Origin: a virus
Lineage: Duplodnaviria > Caudoviricetes
Length of the DNA stretch: 64,000 bases
Virus record (IMG/VR): IMGVR_UViG_3300025534_000006
Coordinates: 21,781-85,780 of that record
Strand: one strand, 5' to 3'
Both the position numbers and the translations under genes were made by a program. The notes below the pieces were generated by a model, which was not told where the DNA came from, did not search any database, and saw nothing but the letters and a program-made list of their open reading frames with translations. This document shows positions 37,533 through 46,835 of this stretch, one piece after another. Position 1 is the stretch's first letter, and each line of letters starts with the position of its first letter.

Positions 37533-37574
37533 GGTCGTCTCCGGCCATATTTAGGTCGGAGACAGGTGAATCGC

Positions 37575-38147
37575 TCAGTCGTCCCTTGACATCATGAACG
37601 CGCTGATCTTCGCAGGATCGAGGACGTACCGGCTGCCATTATGGTCCTTCAACTCGTAAGTCTCCCCTTTGGCGCGTGCCGCATTGAAGCCATCCACAAT
37701 CGCGTTCGCGAAATCCTGCGGCACCTGACGGTAGAGGAGCATGGATTTGCGCGGGTTCCCCACCGCATAGTGAATCGAGAATTTTGGCTTCGATGCCTCC
37801 TCTCGCTGCCGGTCCACCTCGGCCGTGAAATCGGCGAAGCTCCGGAAAGCGGCGGTTCCACGCGAGTTATACGCGTTCAGGCACTCTTTCAGGTATTCCC
37901 GCGCCAGCGCCGGGACGAAGTGGGCCTCGGCCGTAGTCACGTCAAGGACAGCGAAGCCCTTGAAGGCAGGCCCATCGGCTTCATCCAGATGGAATTGCAG
38001 GACATTCGCGCGGCTGCCCGCTACGGACAGCACTATCGATGCCGTCGTCGGATAGTCGCCGGGCGCGAACAAGATATCGGCGACCTTGATATTCCGGCGT
38101 GCCGAAAAGGACTTCAACAAGTGCAGGAGGGCATGAATGAAGCGCAT
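37575..38147 (-). CDS. Hypothetical protein
   Basis: 190-aa ORF. Confidence 0.55.
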   Translation of the reverse strand: MRFIHALLHLLKSFSARRNIKVADILFAPGDYPTTASIVLSVAGSRANVLQFHLDEADGPAFKGFAVLDVTTAEAHFVPALAREYLKECLNAYNSRGTAAFRSFADFTAEVDRQREEASKPKFSIHYAVGNPRKSMLLYRQVPQDFANAIVDGFNAARAKGETYELKDHNGSRYVLDPAKISAFMMSRDD

Positions 38148-38168
38148 TGGAACTCTAGTTCTTGAATG

Positions 38169-38768
38169 TCAAATGTTCAGCAGAGAGTTGTGCAACAGAG
38201 CCAGCCAGCGGTTCGCCTCGTTTGCCCACCTGATCTCGTCATCCCGTTCCTTCCGGTGATACTCGATAACGGACTGCATCTCCGCGATCTCGCTCTCGCG
38301 CCACTCCTCGCCCGTCATCCGCGTGGGAGGCTGCAAATACTCCATATTGCAGTCCCAGCTAATGGAATCGGTAAGCTGCCGCATCATGAAGCAGCGCAAT
38401 TCTTCCAATTCCGGCGGTACCTTCCAGTCGCGCACCTTCTCCAACATGGCCGTATAGCGACTGCGGTACTGTATCATCCGTTCCCGAAACCGCTCTAGGT
38501 ATGCGATTTGCTCCTCGTAGGCAGCACGGGCGCATTCTTCGCATTCCTCGGCGGACAACTCCCAAAGTCGCGTCAGTTCGGCCTCCGCCTTGGTGAGTTC
38601 GGCGTCATGGTATGCCGTGTCTGGCTCCACCGTGATGGGAACCGCCGATGATAATGGCTGGTCCCGAAAACGGGATAGCGCGTCGCAGGCGTGGGCGCAC
38701 AACAGAGCAAAATCACGCAGTTCGGTGATCTTGCCGGTCTGGACGGGTTCGGTGTAACTGCTTGGCAT
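38169..38768 (-). CDS. Hypothetical phage protein (MPSSYT..V..G N-terminus)
   Basis: 199-aa helical ORF. Confidence 0.65.
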   Translation of the reverse strand: MPSSYTEPVQTGKITELRDFALLCAHACDALSRFRDQPLSSAVPITVEPDTAYHDAELTKAEAELTRLWELSAEECEECARAAYEEQIAYLERFRERMIQYRSRYTAMLEKVRDWKVPPELEELRCFMMRQLTDSISWDCNMEYLQPPTRMTGEEWRESEIAEMQSVIEYHRKERDDEIRWANEANRWLALLHNSLLNI

Positions 38769-38801
38769 GTGTCAAATGGCTTTCTGAAATGCGCAGTGAT
38801 A

Positions 38802-39263
38802 TTAGCCGTTGTCGATGACGACACGCAAGCCCGCTCGTGGCTTCGGCAGGTCAATCGCCATGTTCAGGCACGCATGATAGTCGTACACCACCTCGGTGTC
38901 GCTGATGCGGCAGATACGCATCAACTCGATCTGGCTCTCCGTGCGCTGCTGCAAGCAGTAGATCAGGCCCCCGATGAGGAAGTGAAGGCTCAGCATGACG
39001 GGATGTTGCGGATCACCGCGCTGCTCATCATTCAGGGCGGCGACCTTGCCGAAGGCCGTGGCGATCATGAGGCGCCAGTGGGTCGGCGTCAGATCGCACC
39101 AGCGGCGGCGCCCCTCGAAATACGGGTGATCCTGCATCTCGATCAGGATGCGGTCCTCGTTCTGCCAGTTCGTCACGACGCGCTCGAAGTCGCCGTTTTC
39201 GAGGATCGTCACGGAACGCCGGTCGCACTCGTAGTCGTTGGTAATGACGGTGACGGTGGTCAT
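38802..39263 (-). CDS. Hypothetical protein
   Basis: In series. Confidence 0.6.
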   Translation of the reverse strand: MTTVTVITNDYECDRRSVTILENGDFERVVTNWQNEDRILIEMQDHPYFEGRRRWCDLTPTHWRLMIATAFGKVAALNDEQRGDPQHPVMLSLHFLIGGLIYCLQQRTESQIELMRICRISDTEVVYDYHACLNMAIDLPKPRAGLRVVIDNG

Positions 39264-39299
39264 GCCTTAAATGCCGTTCTTGAAATCGTGCAGAGACTA

Positions 39300-39626
39300 T
39301 CAGGAGTTGTCCCGGTAGTCGATCTTGTGCGCCAGTTCGCGCGAAATTTCGGAGATGGTTCCCGTCTGCCGCCGCACAAAGCTGCGGGTCTCCACGAGAG
39401 ACTGCTCAAGGCGGCGGATCGCCTTGCCCTGCTCGACGACCAGATGCTCAAGCCGCGCGAGGTATCCCATGGTCGGGACCTCGACCCACTTGCCGTTCAC
39501 GAAAATCATCTGCGAACGGCTCCGCTCGCGCTGCGGCGGCAGGCCCGGCTTGGTATCCGATCCGGCATCCCCGTCATCATCCTGATACATGTTGCGGAGA
39601 AGCTCCGCGCGTTCCTCGTCAGTCAT
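39300..39626 (-). CDS. Hypothetical coiled-coil protein
   Basis: In series. Confidence 0.6.
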   Translation of the reverse strand: MTDEERAELLRNMYQDDDGDAGSDTKPGLPPQRERSRSQMIFVNGKWVEVPTMGYLARLEHLVVEQGKAIRRLEQSLVETRSFVRRQTGTISEISRELAHKIDYRDNS

Positions 39627-39903
39627 CGAGCGATCCTAAGGTGATATGATTGGCCCAGCGATCCCGGAACCGCTGCGCATCGGCCGGGTTGCGGAAAGCG
39701 AAGTAGGACCACGGGAAGTCGTCCTCCTCGAAGGCGCAAGCCGCCTTGCCAGTGAGGCCGTCGTCGCGCATCCACTTCCAGAAGTCGTCGTAGAGCGGTC
39801 CGGTCCCTCTTACCCCAAAGACCAAGGGCAAGGGGCCGGGCTGCCCGCGCCAACTACCGGCGGGGACATTCTTGTATAAGGTGATGCCGAAACTCATCTC
39901 CAT
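39619..39903 (-). CDS. Small protein, FxxxxDxxxF..W family
   Basis: FAFRNPADAQRFRDRW. Confidence 0.6.
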   Translation of the reverse strand: MEMSFGITLYKNVPAGSWRGQPGPLPLVFGVRGTGPLYDDFWKWMRDDGLTGKAACAFEEDDFPWSYFAFRNPADAQRFRDRWANHITLGSLDD

Positions 39904-39912
39904 ATTTCCCCC

Positions 39913-40668
39913 TCAGACACCGGCTTCGGCCAGCACGGCACGGATTTGCGCTACTTCCTCCGCATGACGGGCGAGTTTGATGCGCCAGAAATGCGGGTCG
40001 ATGGCCTGCTCAACCATCGCGGTCTGCTCCGGGCTCAGGCGCCCGAGGAGGTCCCGCGCGCTCGGCGCGGTGAACAGCACCCACGGACTGATCCGGCCCG
40101 ACCTGATCCACAGGGCCGCGAGCGGCGGCGCGACCTTGCGGAAGAAGTCGGTCCAATGCTCGCCGGTCTCGACGCTCCACTGCTGCATCAGCATGATGTT
40201 GCGCTCCAAGGCTTCGACCGGGGTTTCACCCTTGTTCAGTTCGCGCACATAGGTCTCGTAGAGCGCCGGGTTCTGCCACTTGTCGATGGGAACCTCGGTG
40301 CGGAGCAGGAAGTCCACATAGCCAAGCGGGTTCAGCGCGCTGTTCTCATGCAGCCAGCGGCCGAATTTGACGAATGCGATGTAGAAATTCGACCGCTCGA
40401 ATACCTCAATGGAGGGCGGCTTGGCCCGACCCATGCCACGCTGATAGAAACGCTGGAAGGCGAGGAATCCGAGCTTGACGGGCTTTTCCTCGCGTTGCAG
40501 GAACCGTCGCTTCTTCTCGCAGACATGGGTCAGAAGGGTATCCTCTTTGGCGAAGGACGCTTTGCAGAACTCGCAGACATGGCGGCTGTCGTCAGCCTCC
40601 ACGCCGATCACGCTTACCTTTGGCCCTGCCTTCTTCCTTCGCCTCGACGCCACCACTGAGTCTGTCAT
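39913..40668 (-). CDS. C2H2 Zn-finger-containing conserved phage protein
   Basis: CEFCKASF..EDTLLTHVCEKKRR. Confidence 0.75.
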   Translation of the reverse strand: MTDSVVASRRRKKAGPKVSVIGVEADDSRHVCEFCKASFAKEDTLLTHVCEKKRRFLQREEKPVKLGFLAFQRFYQRGMGRAKPPSIEVFERSNFYIAFVKFGRWLHENSALNPLGYVDFLLRTEVPIDKWQNPALYETYVRELNKGETPVEALERNIMLMQQWSVETGEHWTDFFRKVAPPLAALWIRSGRISPWVLFTAPSARDLLGRLSPEQTAMVEQAIDPHFWRIKLARHAEEVAQIRAVLAEAGV

Positions 40669-41137
40669 ACGCCTTCATCGCCTCCTTGGCCTCGTCGGGG
40701 GTACAGCCGGTTTCGTTGACGAACTGCTGGAACGTGTCTCGGGTGTGCTGGCGGAGGAGCATGTCGATCTCCCACGCATTCGCGGTCGGGTAGAACCGCT
40801 CGACCAGTTCACGGGCCTTGTTCGAGGTAGCCTTGCGGGAGGGCATCCCAAGCCATTCGTGGCGCTGGCGCGTCCCCAGACCGCAGGAGGCGGCAAGACG
40901 GAACAGGAGTTCCGGATGCGGCCCCATCATGTCGAGGGCACCGATATTGACGCGCTCGTTCACCAGCCAGATGGTGGCCTCGCCTGCCGGGCCATCCTGC
41001 ACCGCACTGGCCCAGCGGAGGAACACCGGGGCAGCAAAGCCCTTGCGGGCTTCCTCGGGCTGCCTGCCCAGCCAGCCCCCGTCACGCGTGTCCATGGCAC
41101 GCAGGGCCTCGAAAATGTCCAGCTTGTACTCGGCCAC
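40592..41137 (-). CDS. Clamp-loader small subunit-like (gp62)
   Basis: F..PVFLRW...NE.VN...HPEL...CG.G..Q.H.W; located among replication genes. Confidence 0.6.
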   Translation of the reverse strand: MAEYKLDIFEALRAMDTRDGGWLGRQPEEARKGFAAPVFLRWASAVQDGPAGEATIWLVNERVNIGALDMMGPHPELLFRLAASCGLGTRQRHEWLGMPSRKATSNKARELVERFYPTANAWEIDMLLRQHTRDTFQQFVNETGCTPDEAKEAMKAYDRLSGGVEAKEEGRAKGKRDRRGG

Positions 41138-41181
41138 AATGACTTCCTTAAATCCGGTCTACTGAAACCGCATTAGCACCC

Positions 41182-41271
41182 TAAATAGGTAGTGGCGCGA
41201 GGTCAAGACCCAAGACCCCGCCATCGGTGCTCAGTTTGGCCCGGCAGGCATCCCACCTGCCGGGCCTTTTT
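41182..41271 (+). ncRNA. Candidate late small RNA (~85 nt)
   Basis: TAAATA 41182-41187 then 11-bp hairpin 41238-41266 and TTTTT, antisense to the surrounding genes; no credible ORF. Confidence 0.4.
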
Positions 41272-41273
41272 CA

Positions 41274-41810
41274 TCAGGACCGCTTGCCCTTGGAGCCGCG
41301 CTTGGCGGGCGCAGGGGCCTTGGCGGGCTCGACCGGGGCCTGCTGTGCCTCCGCAGCGGCATCATCGGTCTCTCCGTCGGCATCGGCGGCCTGCCCTTGC
41401 TCAGCCCGTGCCTTGGCATCGGCAAGCCACTGCTCAATGTCATCGGCTGGGGCAGCGATGCGCTCGGCCAGCCGTCGGACGACCTCCTCCACTCCTGCGC
41501 CGGTCACACCCAGCACCGTGTCGCTCTCAGCGGCACCACCCACAACTTCGGCCTCGGCGAGCGGCGAGTTGGCAACGGCTTCCTTGATGGAATTATAGAT
41601 CGGCAGGTTGATCGCGGCGCGAATCTCCTCGTCCGTCATGGTGCCGGTATCCACATGGAAAACCGGCCTCGCGGGCGCCTTGCCCTCGATCATGTCGAGC
41701 ATCAGGCGGATGATCTCGACCAACTCGGTATTGGCGCCCGGCATGTCGCGGCGGGCGGATCGACGCTGGAAGTCTGCCAGCTTCGCCTCGATCAGGTCAC
41801 GGTTGCTCAT
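41274..41810 (-). CDS. Hypothetical protein
   Basis: Likely start MSNRDL at 41810. Confidence 0.6.
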   Translation of the reverse strand: MSNRDLIEAKLADFQRRSARRDMPGANTELVEIIRLMLDMIEGKAPARPVFHVDTGTMTDEEIRAAINLPIYNSIKEAVANSPLAEAEVVGGAAESDTVLGVTGAGVEEVVRRLAERIAAPADDIEQWLADAKARAEQGQAADADGETDDAAAEAQQAPVEPAKAPAPAKRGSKGKRS

Positions 41811-41835
41811 TCTCGAATGTCCTTCTGTACATCTT

Positions 41836-42303
41836 TCAGGAAAAAACCTTGGAAATGTCCAACGCGTCCGGCAGGCGATTGATGTCCTTGACGAACAAGG
41901 CACAGGCCGGGTTCTCACAGTCCTCAAGCGGCACGGCGAGGATGTGGCCGTATTTCAACTTCGGCATGTGCCACGTCACATCGGGGAACACATTCTCGAT
42001 GATGATCTCTTCAAACTGCGGGATATACCCGGTGATGGGATTGAAGATGAATGCCTCGAACGGCCGGTCGTTGAGGTGCTTGAGTTCGATGATCTCCATG
42101 TGACCGAAATCGCGGTCACAGATGACGACAGACCAATCAAGCGGCATCTGAACCCGGTATTTGCCGATGCGCAGATCGGCCGCAGGCCGGGGGAATACGT
42201 CGAGAAAGATCATCGGGATGAAAAAGAAATCCACGTCCTGCTGGTTGCTGTAGTCGAGGACGCAGTATCGCAGGTCATCCACCTGATCCGGTATCCCGTT
42301 CAT
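41836..42303 (-). CDS. Conserved phage protein next to uvsW
   Basis: DDLRYCVLDYS...FIPMIFL...MPLDW; frame stays open to 42363, possible ATT start at 42339. Confidence 0.7.
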   Translation of the reverse strand: MNGIPDQVDDLRYCVLDYSNQQDVDFFFIPMIFLDVFPRPAADLRIGKYRVQMPLDWSVVICDRDFGHMEIIELKHLNDRPFEAFIFNPITGYIPQFEEIIIENVFPDVTWHMPKLKYGHILAVPLEDCENPACALFVKDINRLPDALDISKVFS

Positions 42304-42411
42304 GTTGAACGGGCGATTTTCTGGAAGTAGAACGCGAATTGTTAGGGTACTCTCAAAGGAGGTTCAGTGGGCCTCTGTATACCACACTGAACCCCGGAAA
42401 ATCCAATACTT

Positions 42412-44427
42412 TCAACCCCGGTAGCGGATTTTCCGCACGACGTAGGGGTATCCCGCCTCGTCGTAATATGCCTTGCGCTTCGACAGGTGCCGCTTGCTGA
42501 ACTTCAGCGTCGAGGTCAGGTCGTAGACCATGGCGCTGTCCTTGTCGTTCGCCTTGCGCAGCACGCGTCCGATGGACTGGATCGTCCGCACGAAGCTCTT
42601 GCCGCATTCGAGGAACAGGAGATTGAAGATGCGCGGCGCGTTGATGCCGACAGCGGCAACACCGAAGGTCGCGATGATGACCTTGTTGTTGACGACGGCG
42701 ACCTCCTTGAACTCGGTCTTACGGTCCTTGGTTTTCATCCGCCCGCTGATGAACACCGAGCCGGGGATCATCTGTTCGAGCATCTCGCCCGTGTCGATGC
42801 GGTCCACGAGGATCAGGGTGTTGCCCGTCTCGGCGGCCAGCTTCGCGGTGAAGTCGGCAATCCACTGGATGCGTGTCTTGTCGCGGACGAGGTAGTCATA
42901 CTCCTCCGCATAGTCGCGGAACTCGACGTGATCCTCCTCAAGCTGCAAGATTTCGATCTTGCATTTCGCAAGGACATTGCGTTCCTGCAAATCGGCCGCG
43001 CGAATCTCGCCGACCACCGGCCCCAGCGAGGCCAGCAGGCTCATGAACTCGTAGTCCTCCTTGGGGATCGTTCCGGTCAGCCCCCAGCGGATGGGGATGT
43101 GCGCCATTGGCCCGCAGAGGAGCTTGCGCAACTCGTCTCCCTTTACCGTGTGCGTTTCGTCGCACATCACGCAGACGACGCCATCGAGGAAATCCTCGAT
43201 GGTGATGCCGATGTCCTCGTCCTCCACGGCCGCTTTTTTCGACCCCTTCTTGAACTTGGCCCCCTCGGATTTCTTGCTGAACACCGACAAGGACTGCCAT
43301 GTCGCAATAGTATGGGTGTGCCCCCATTCCTTGCGGTCGCCGTAGAACACGCCCACGTCGAGACCGAGGTTCCGATAGTCCTCCTCGGTCTGCTCGACGA
43401 GATTCTTGGAGGGCACAATGACGATGGTGCGCCCACCCGTCGCCCGTTCAACGGTCAGCGACAGTGCTGCGGTCAGCAGCGTGTTGTGATGGATCAGCCC
43501 GGCCGCATCCCGATAAAGATGGGGGTAGTCGATGCCGATGTCGTAGAAGTCCTGTACGGCGCCATGCAATACCGATTTCACGACCAGAGGCCCGTTGACG
43601 GTGTCTACGGCCTCTCCGGGCCACAATGTCTCCGCAAATCGTTCGGCCCCGCCACAGAGAAGAATGTGCTTGTCTGCGCAGGTGAGCTTGTGGCCATTCT
43701 CGAAAGCAATGGTGACCGACGGGGCGCGCTTTTTGATGACGCCGTTGATCGTCGCCGAAATGCCATCAAGGTGCGTGGGGACCTTGATCCCGAGATCGCT
43801 TGCGACGATCTCCTCGCCAATCTCAAGCTGCCTGTTCCGGAATGCGGCAACCGCCTCCACCAACTGGCCCATTTTTAATGTCAGGCCAGTCGGATTGGTC
43901 CGAATTTCAGGCATACTTAGCAAAGAGCGCCCAAACGGCGTGTTTTCGTCGATCTCGATCTCGATCAGCGTGTCGTAATCGACGCACTTTCCCGCACCCG
44001 TGGAGATCGACTGTATGCTCTGAGGATTGGCGAGGTAGGTCTTGATCGCTTCGACCTGATAGTCGCGGAGGAAGATCGGCTCGCCCGCCATCGGATGGCC
44101 TTCCGGCCAGCAGCGGTCAGCAACAAGCTCATCCGTGACCTCCGGCCACTTGGGATGGAAATCCGGACGCTTGTCGTCGATGTCGATCTCGTATCCCGCC
44201 TCCATGATCAGAGGCAGGACCCGGTCGAGCAGATTGATATAGGTCGCGCCGCCGACAGTCCCGAAGCTCACCTTGCCGTCCCAGCGTCCGAGCTTGTAGG
44301 CAGGCATGTGCCTCGCGTGCGGAACCATGAACTTGAGAGCGTCGGCAAATTTGCGGCGAATGAAGGGGTCGAGATCAGTGAACTTGCAGTTCACCTGATC
44401 GCTGATAACCAGCGTGCAACGCGGCAT
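42412..44427 (-). CDS. uvsW: UvsW-like SF2 helicase containing an intein
   Basis: LRDYQ, STGAGK|T, DETH, GLTGT, QSIGR. Confidence 0.9.
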   Translation of the reverse strand: MPRCTLVISDQVNCKFTDLDPFIRRKFADALKFMVPHARHMPAYKLGRWDGKVSFGTVGGATYINLLDRVLPLIMEAGYEIDIDDKRPDFHPKWPEVTDELVADRCWPEGHPMAGEPIFLRDYQVEAIKTYLANPQSIQSISTGAGKCVDYDTLIEIEIDENTPFGRSLLSMPEIRTNPTGLTLKMGQLVEAVAAFRNRQLEIGEEIVASDLGIKVPTHLDGISATINGVIKKRAPSVTIAFENGHKLTCADKHILLCGGAERFAETLWPGEAVDTVNGPLVVKSVLHGAVQDFYDIGIDYPHLYRDAAGLIHHNTLLTAALSLTVERATGGRTIVIVPSKNLVEQTEEDYRNLGLDVGVFYGDRKEWGHTHTIATWQSLSVFSKKSEGAKFKKGSKKAAVEDEDIGITIEDFLDGVVCVMCDETHTVKGDELRKLLCGPMAHIPIRWGLTGTIPKEDYEFMSLLASLGPVVGEIRAADLQERNVLAKCKIEILQLEEDHVEFRDYAEEYDYLVRDKTRIQWIADFTAKLAAETGNTLILVDRIDTGEMLEQMIPGSVFISGRMKTKDRKTEFKEVAVVNNKVIIATFGVAAVGINAPRIFNLLFLECGKSFVRTIQSIGRVLRKANDKDSAMVYDLTSTLKFSKRHLSKRKAYYDEAGYPYVVRKIRYRG
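43483..43986 (-). mobile_element. Mini-intein (168 aa) in Walker A motif
   Basis: Begins C(VDYDT) after GAGK, TCADKH block B, ends HHN before Thr; no LAGLIDADG seen. Confidence 0.9.
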
Positions 44428-44527
44428 TCAAAATCGCTTCCTGAAATGCATCCGCCTGATGGCGGTCTGAAATTAGTTTTTCAAATGAGCACTCAGTTTA
44501 TCACACCGCGTGCCCTGTAGTCGATAT

Positions 44528-44893
44528 TCACGGGAGTGGGGGAAAGAGGTCCTTGAGGCAAGACGGAATCCCCGGTTTCTGCCATTCCTCGACCAGTATC
44601 AGCCTTGGCGCGAACATGCACACCATCAGGGAGAGGTCCGACGGTTCATACACATGCATCGAGACGACATCCCCGGCATACTTCACGCAGTGGCGTATCG
44701 ACATGTTCTCGCAGACCTGCCCTACCTCCTCGTAATCGGACCCACGGAACCATACGCAGAAGCGACCGTCCCAGAACTCATGGTCGAGGCGGGACACGTT
44801 GAAACGCAGGTTCCCCCGCACCCAAGTTTCAGCTTCAAACCATGCCATCAGTTTGTCTCGGGAGGGAGGGGAGGCAGCAGCGCCTTGAGGCAC
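44528..44893 (-). CDS. Hypothetical protein
   Basis: Ends VEE...PSCLKDLFPPLP. Confidence 0.55.
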   Translation of the reverse strand: MPQGAAASPPSRDKLMAWFEAETWVRGNLRFNVSRLDHEFWDGRFCVWFRGSDYEEVGQVCENMSIRHCVKYAGDVVSMHVYEPSDLSLMVCMFAPRLILVEEWQKPGIPSCLKDLFPPLP

Positions 44894-45003
44894 GAAGGCG
44901 CTTCCAGTGGGATGAGTTCCTCCACTGCGACCACGCTGTGACCGAGCATCATCACGACCATCTGCATGGCGGTGTCATGCCAGTGAACCCATTTCCGCAG
45001 CAT
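44848..45003 (-). CDS. Short paralogue of the C-terminus of 44528..44893
   Basis: VEE...PSCLKALLPPLP. Confidence 0.4.
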   Translation of the reverse strand: MLRKWVHWHDTAMQMVVMMLGHSVVAVEELIPLEAPSCLKALLPPLPPETN

Positions 45004-45796
45004 GATTCTGTGGCAGGAACACGTTGTAGAAGTGCGCAAGGTCGTTGCGCTTGGCGTTGCCCCATGTCGTTCGCGGCATCACCTCGCGCTCGATGTGCCG
45101 GTCGCCTAGCGTAAAATGACCGAGAGGCATCTCCGGATAAAGCACCGCCGCAAGCTCCCACCACGGGAGACTCGATGATTGCTCGACGTAAGGAACGGGT
45201 CTACCGAATTGATAGAGCCCCAGCGACATATCCAGCATGAAACGCCCCTGAGCAATGCTCTCAAGCGCCGCTTCATCGGCCAGAATCACGGTGCGGGGAA
45301 ACTCGCGGGCGATGGCAGTGAAAAGTTCGGTAGTCTCGAAGGTGATGGTCGTATCATGCCAGTCGAGCACCATCAGGCCGTCGCGTCGCCCTTCCTGCTC
45401 CTCCTCCCGGAATGCGGCCCGGTGAGAGAGCATGACGAACGCCGTTTTCGGGAGGCCGGACCCGGCGACGGCTTCCTTCCACCTCTTGGGGTCACGGGAG
45501 GCAATGATCACCTTCTCCACGCCCATCAGCCTCGCGGCATTCAGGATGGTGGTCTGGGTCGGTCCGCCCGGCGCTACCACGCCTGCCCGCAGCCCGGCGT
45601 CGAGGAGGAACTGGGTCAGGACGATCCGCTCCGGCGTCGCCGGGCAGAGGAAAGGGTCGAAAGCGTCGGCGGTGACGCGATCCCGCTCGGCGAGGGACCG
45701 GATGCGCGGATCGAGATCGAGGCTCGTCAGATCAGCGAAACGGACGAGCTTGCGGGCCACGGCCGGAGTGGCAGGCAGAAGGAAGTCCTGATTCAT
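44975..45796 (-). CDS. Hypothetical, possibly degenerate helicase-like ATPase domain
   Basis: Alternating beta/alpha pattern, no intact Walker A. Confidence 0.55.
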   Translation of the reverse strand: MNQDFLLPATPAVARKLVRFADLTSLDLDPRIRSLAERDRVTADAFDPFLCPATPERIVLTQFLLDAGLRAGVVAPGGPTQTTILNAARLMGVEKVIIASRDPKRWKEAVAGSGLPKTAFVMLSHRAAFREEEQEGRRDGLMVLDWHDTTITFETTELFTAIAREFPRTVILADEAALESIAQGRFMLDMSLGLYQFGRPVPYVEQSSSLPWWELAAVLYPEMPLGHFTLGDRHIEREVMPRTTWGNAKRNDLAHFYNVFLPQNHAAEMGSLA

Positions 45797-46461
45797 ACGG
45801 GAATGCCTCCGGCCACGCGCGCCACCCAGCAGGCCAGCACCTCGTTGTCCGCCACATTCGCCACGATCACCTCGTTCTCCTCGTCGAGGACGAAGGTCGA
45901 GGGCCGGTTCAGCGACCGATGGCAGAGCGACAGGTATTCGCGGGCCTCCTCATCCATCTCGAAACGGTAGGCCGAGATGATCAGGCCGACGCCCTCCAAG
46001 GTCTGGCGGGTGACCGAAACCACCCAAATGCGGTGGTCGCGGTCGAAATACGCCGCCACGGCATTGCCACGCTCGTTGAGCCTGCGCAGGTCCCGGATCA
46101 GCAACTCGTTGAATTTGAAGCGGAAACCGAGCTTATTGTCGCCGAGATAGCGGACTTCCTTCCGGATGGAGGTGCTCTGGTATGGGGTCTGCCGGTAGCG
46201 CGGATTGGCAAGGAGGTCGTCGATCTCCTGCTCGACCACATCGCCAAGGGCCACCAGCCGGTCACGCACGCGCCCGGCCATCTTGAGCACGATCTTGGCC
46301 TGCTCGGTGGACAGGGGCTTCCCGGCTTCCACGTGCCGCAGGACATTCATCACAAAGCTGTCGTACCAGCCTCCTTCAAGGAGGCCGTGGAAGGGGTCAG
46401 GGAATTCGCAAAGCCGCCGGGCGATAATTACCAGTAGGTCCTCTACGGTCAGCATTCTCAA
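45793..46461 (-). CDS. Conserved hypothetical, possibly HARP-like
   Basis: TVEDLL...LST.Q...YFDRDHRIWVV. Confidence 0.6.
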   Translation of the reverse strand: MRMLTVEDLLVIIARRLCEFPDPFHGLLEGGWYDSFVMNVLRHVEAGKPLSTEQAKIVLKMAGRVRDRLVALGDVVEQEIDDLLANPRYRQTPYQSTSIRKEVRYLGDNKLGFRFKFNELLIRDLRRLNERGNAVAAYFDRDHRIWVVSVTRQTLEGVGLIISAYRFEMDEEAREYLSLCHRSLNRPSTFVLDEENEVIVANVADNEVLACWVARVAGGIPV

Positions 46462-46542
46462 ATCCGTTTCTCGAAGCGGGCCGATTCTGCCCGATCAGGG
46501 GTCGAACCGTCAATACTCGGTTCACCAGAACCATTTTTCCAC

Positions 46543-46570
46543 TTGACGCCCCCGCCGGACCTGACATAGT
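46543..46570 (+). promoter_or_regulatory. Sigma70-like early promoter
   Basis: TTGACG-N16-CATAGT with TG extension. Confidence 0.55.
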
Positions 46571-46628
46571 TCCGGCCGTCGATTTGACAGAACCCCATTT
46601 GCGGCCTCGCGCCGCCCGGAGAAAGCGA

Positions 46629-46835
46629 ATGTCCCTGAGCCCGAATACCGTTTTCCGCCTCAGCGCGGGTGCCGTGGTCTCGATGATTGCCTTCGCCCTC
46701 GCCTCCCTCGCCGCGCTGATCACGCACGTCGTGGTCTGCATCAAGGCGGCGACGTGGGGCCTGCTGATCGCGGGCGCGATCCTGCCGCCTATCGGCGTGA
46801 TCCACGGTGTCGGCGTCTGGTTCGGTGTATGGTGA
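46629..46835 (+). CDS. Small two-TM membrane protein
   Basis: Hydrophobic; PPIGVIHGVGVWFG. Confidence 0.7.
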   Translation: MSLSPNTVFRLSAGAVVSMIAFALASLAALITHVVVCIKAATWGLLIAGAILPPIGVIHGVGVWFGVW

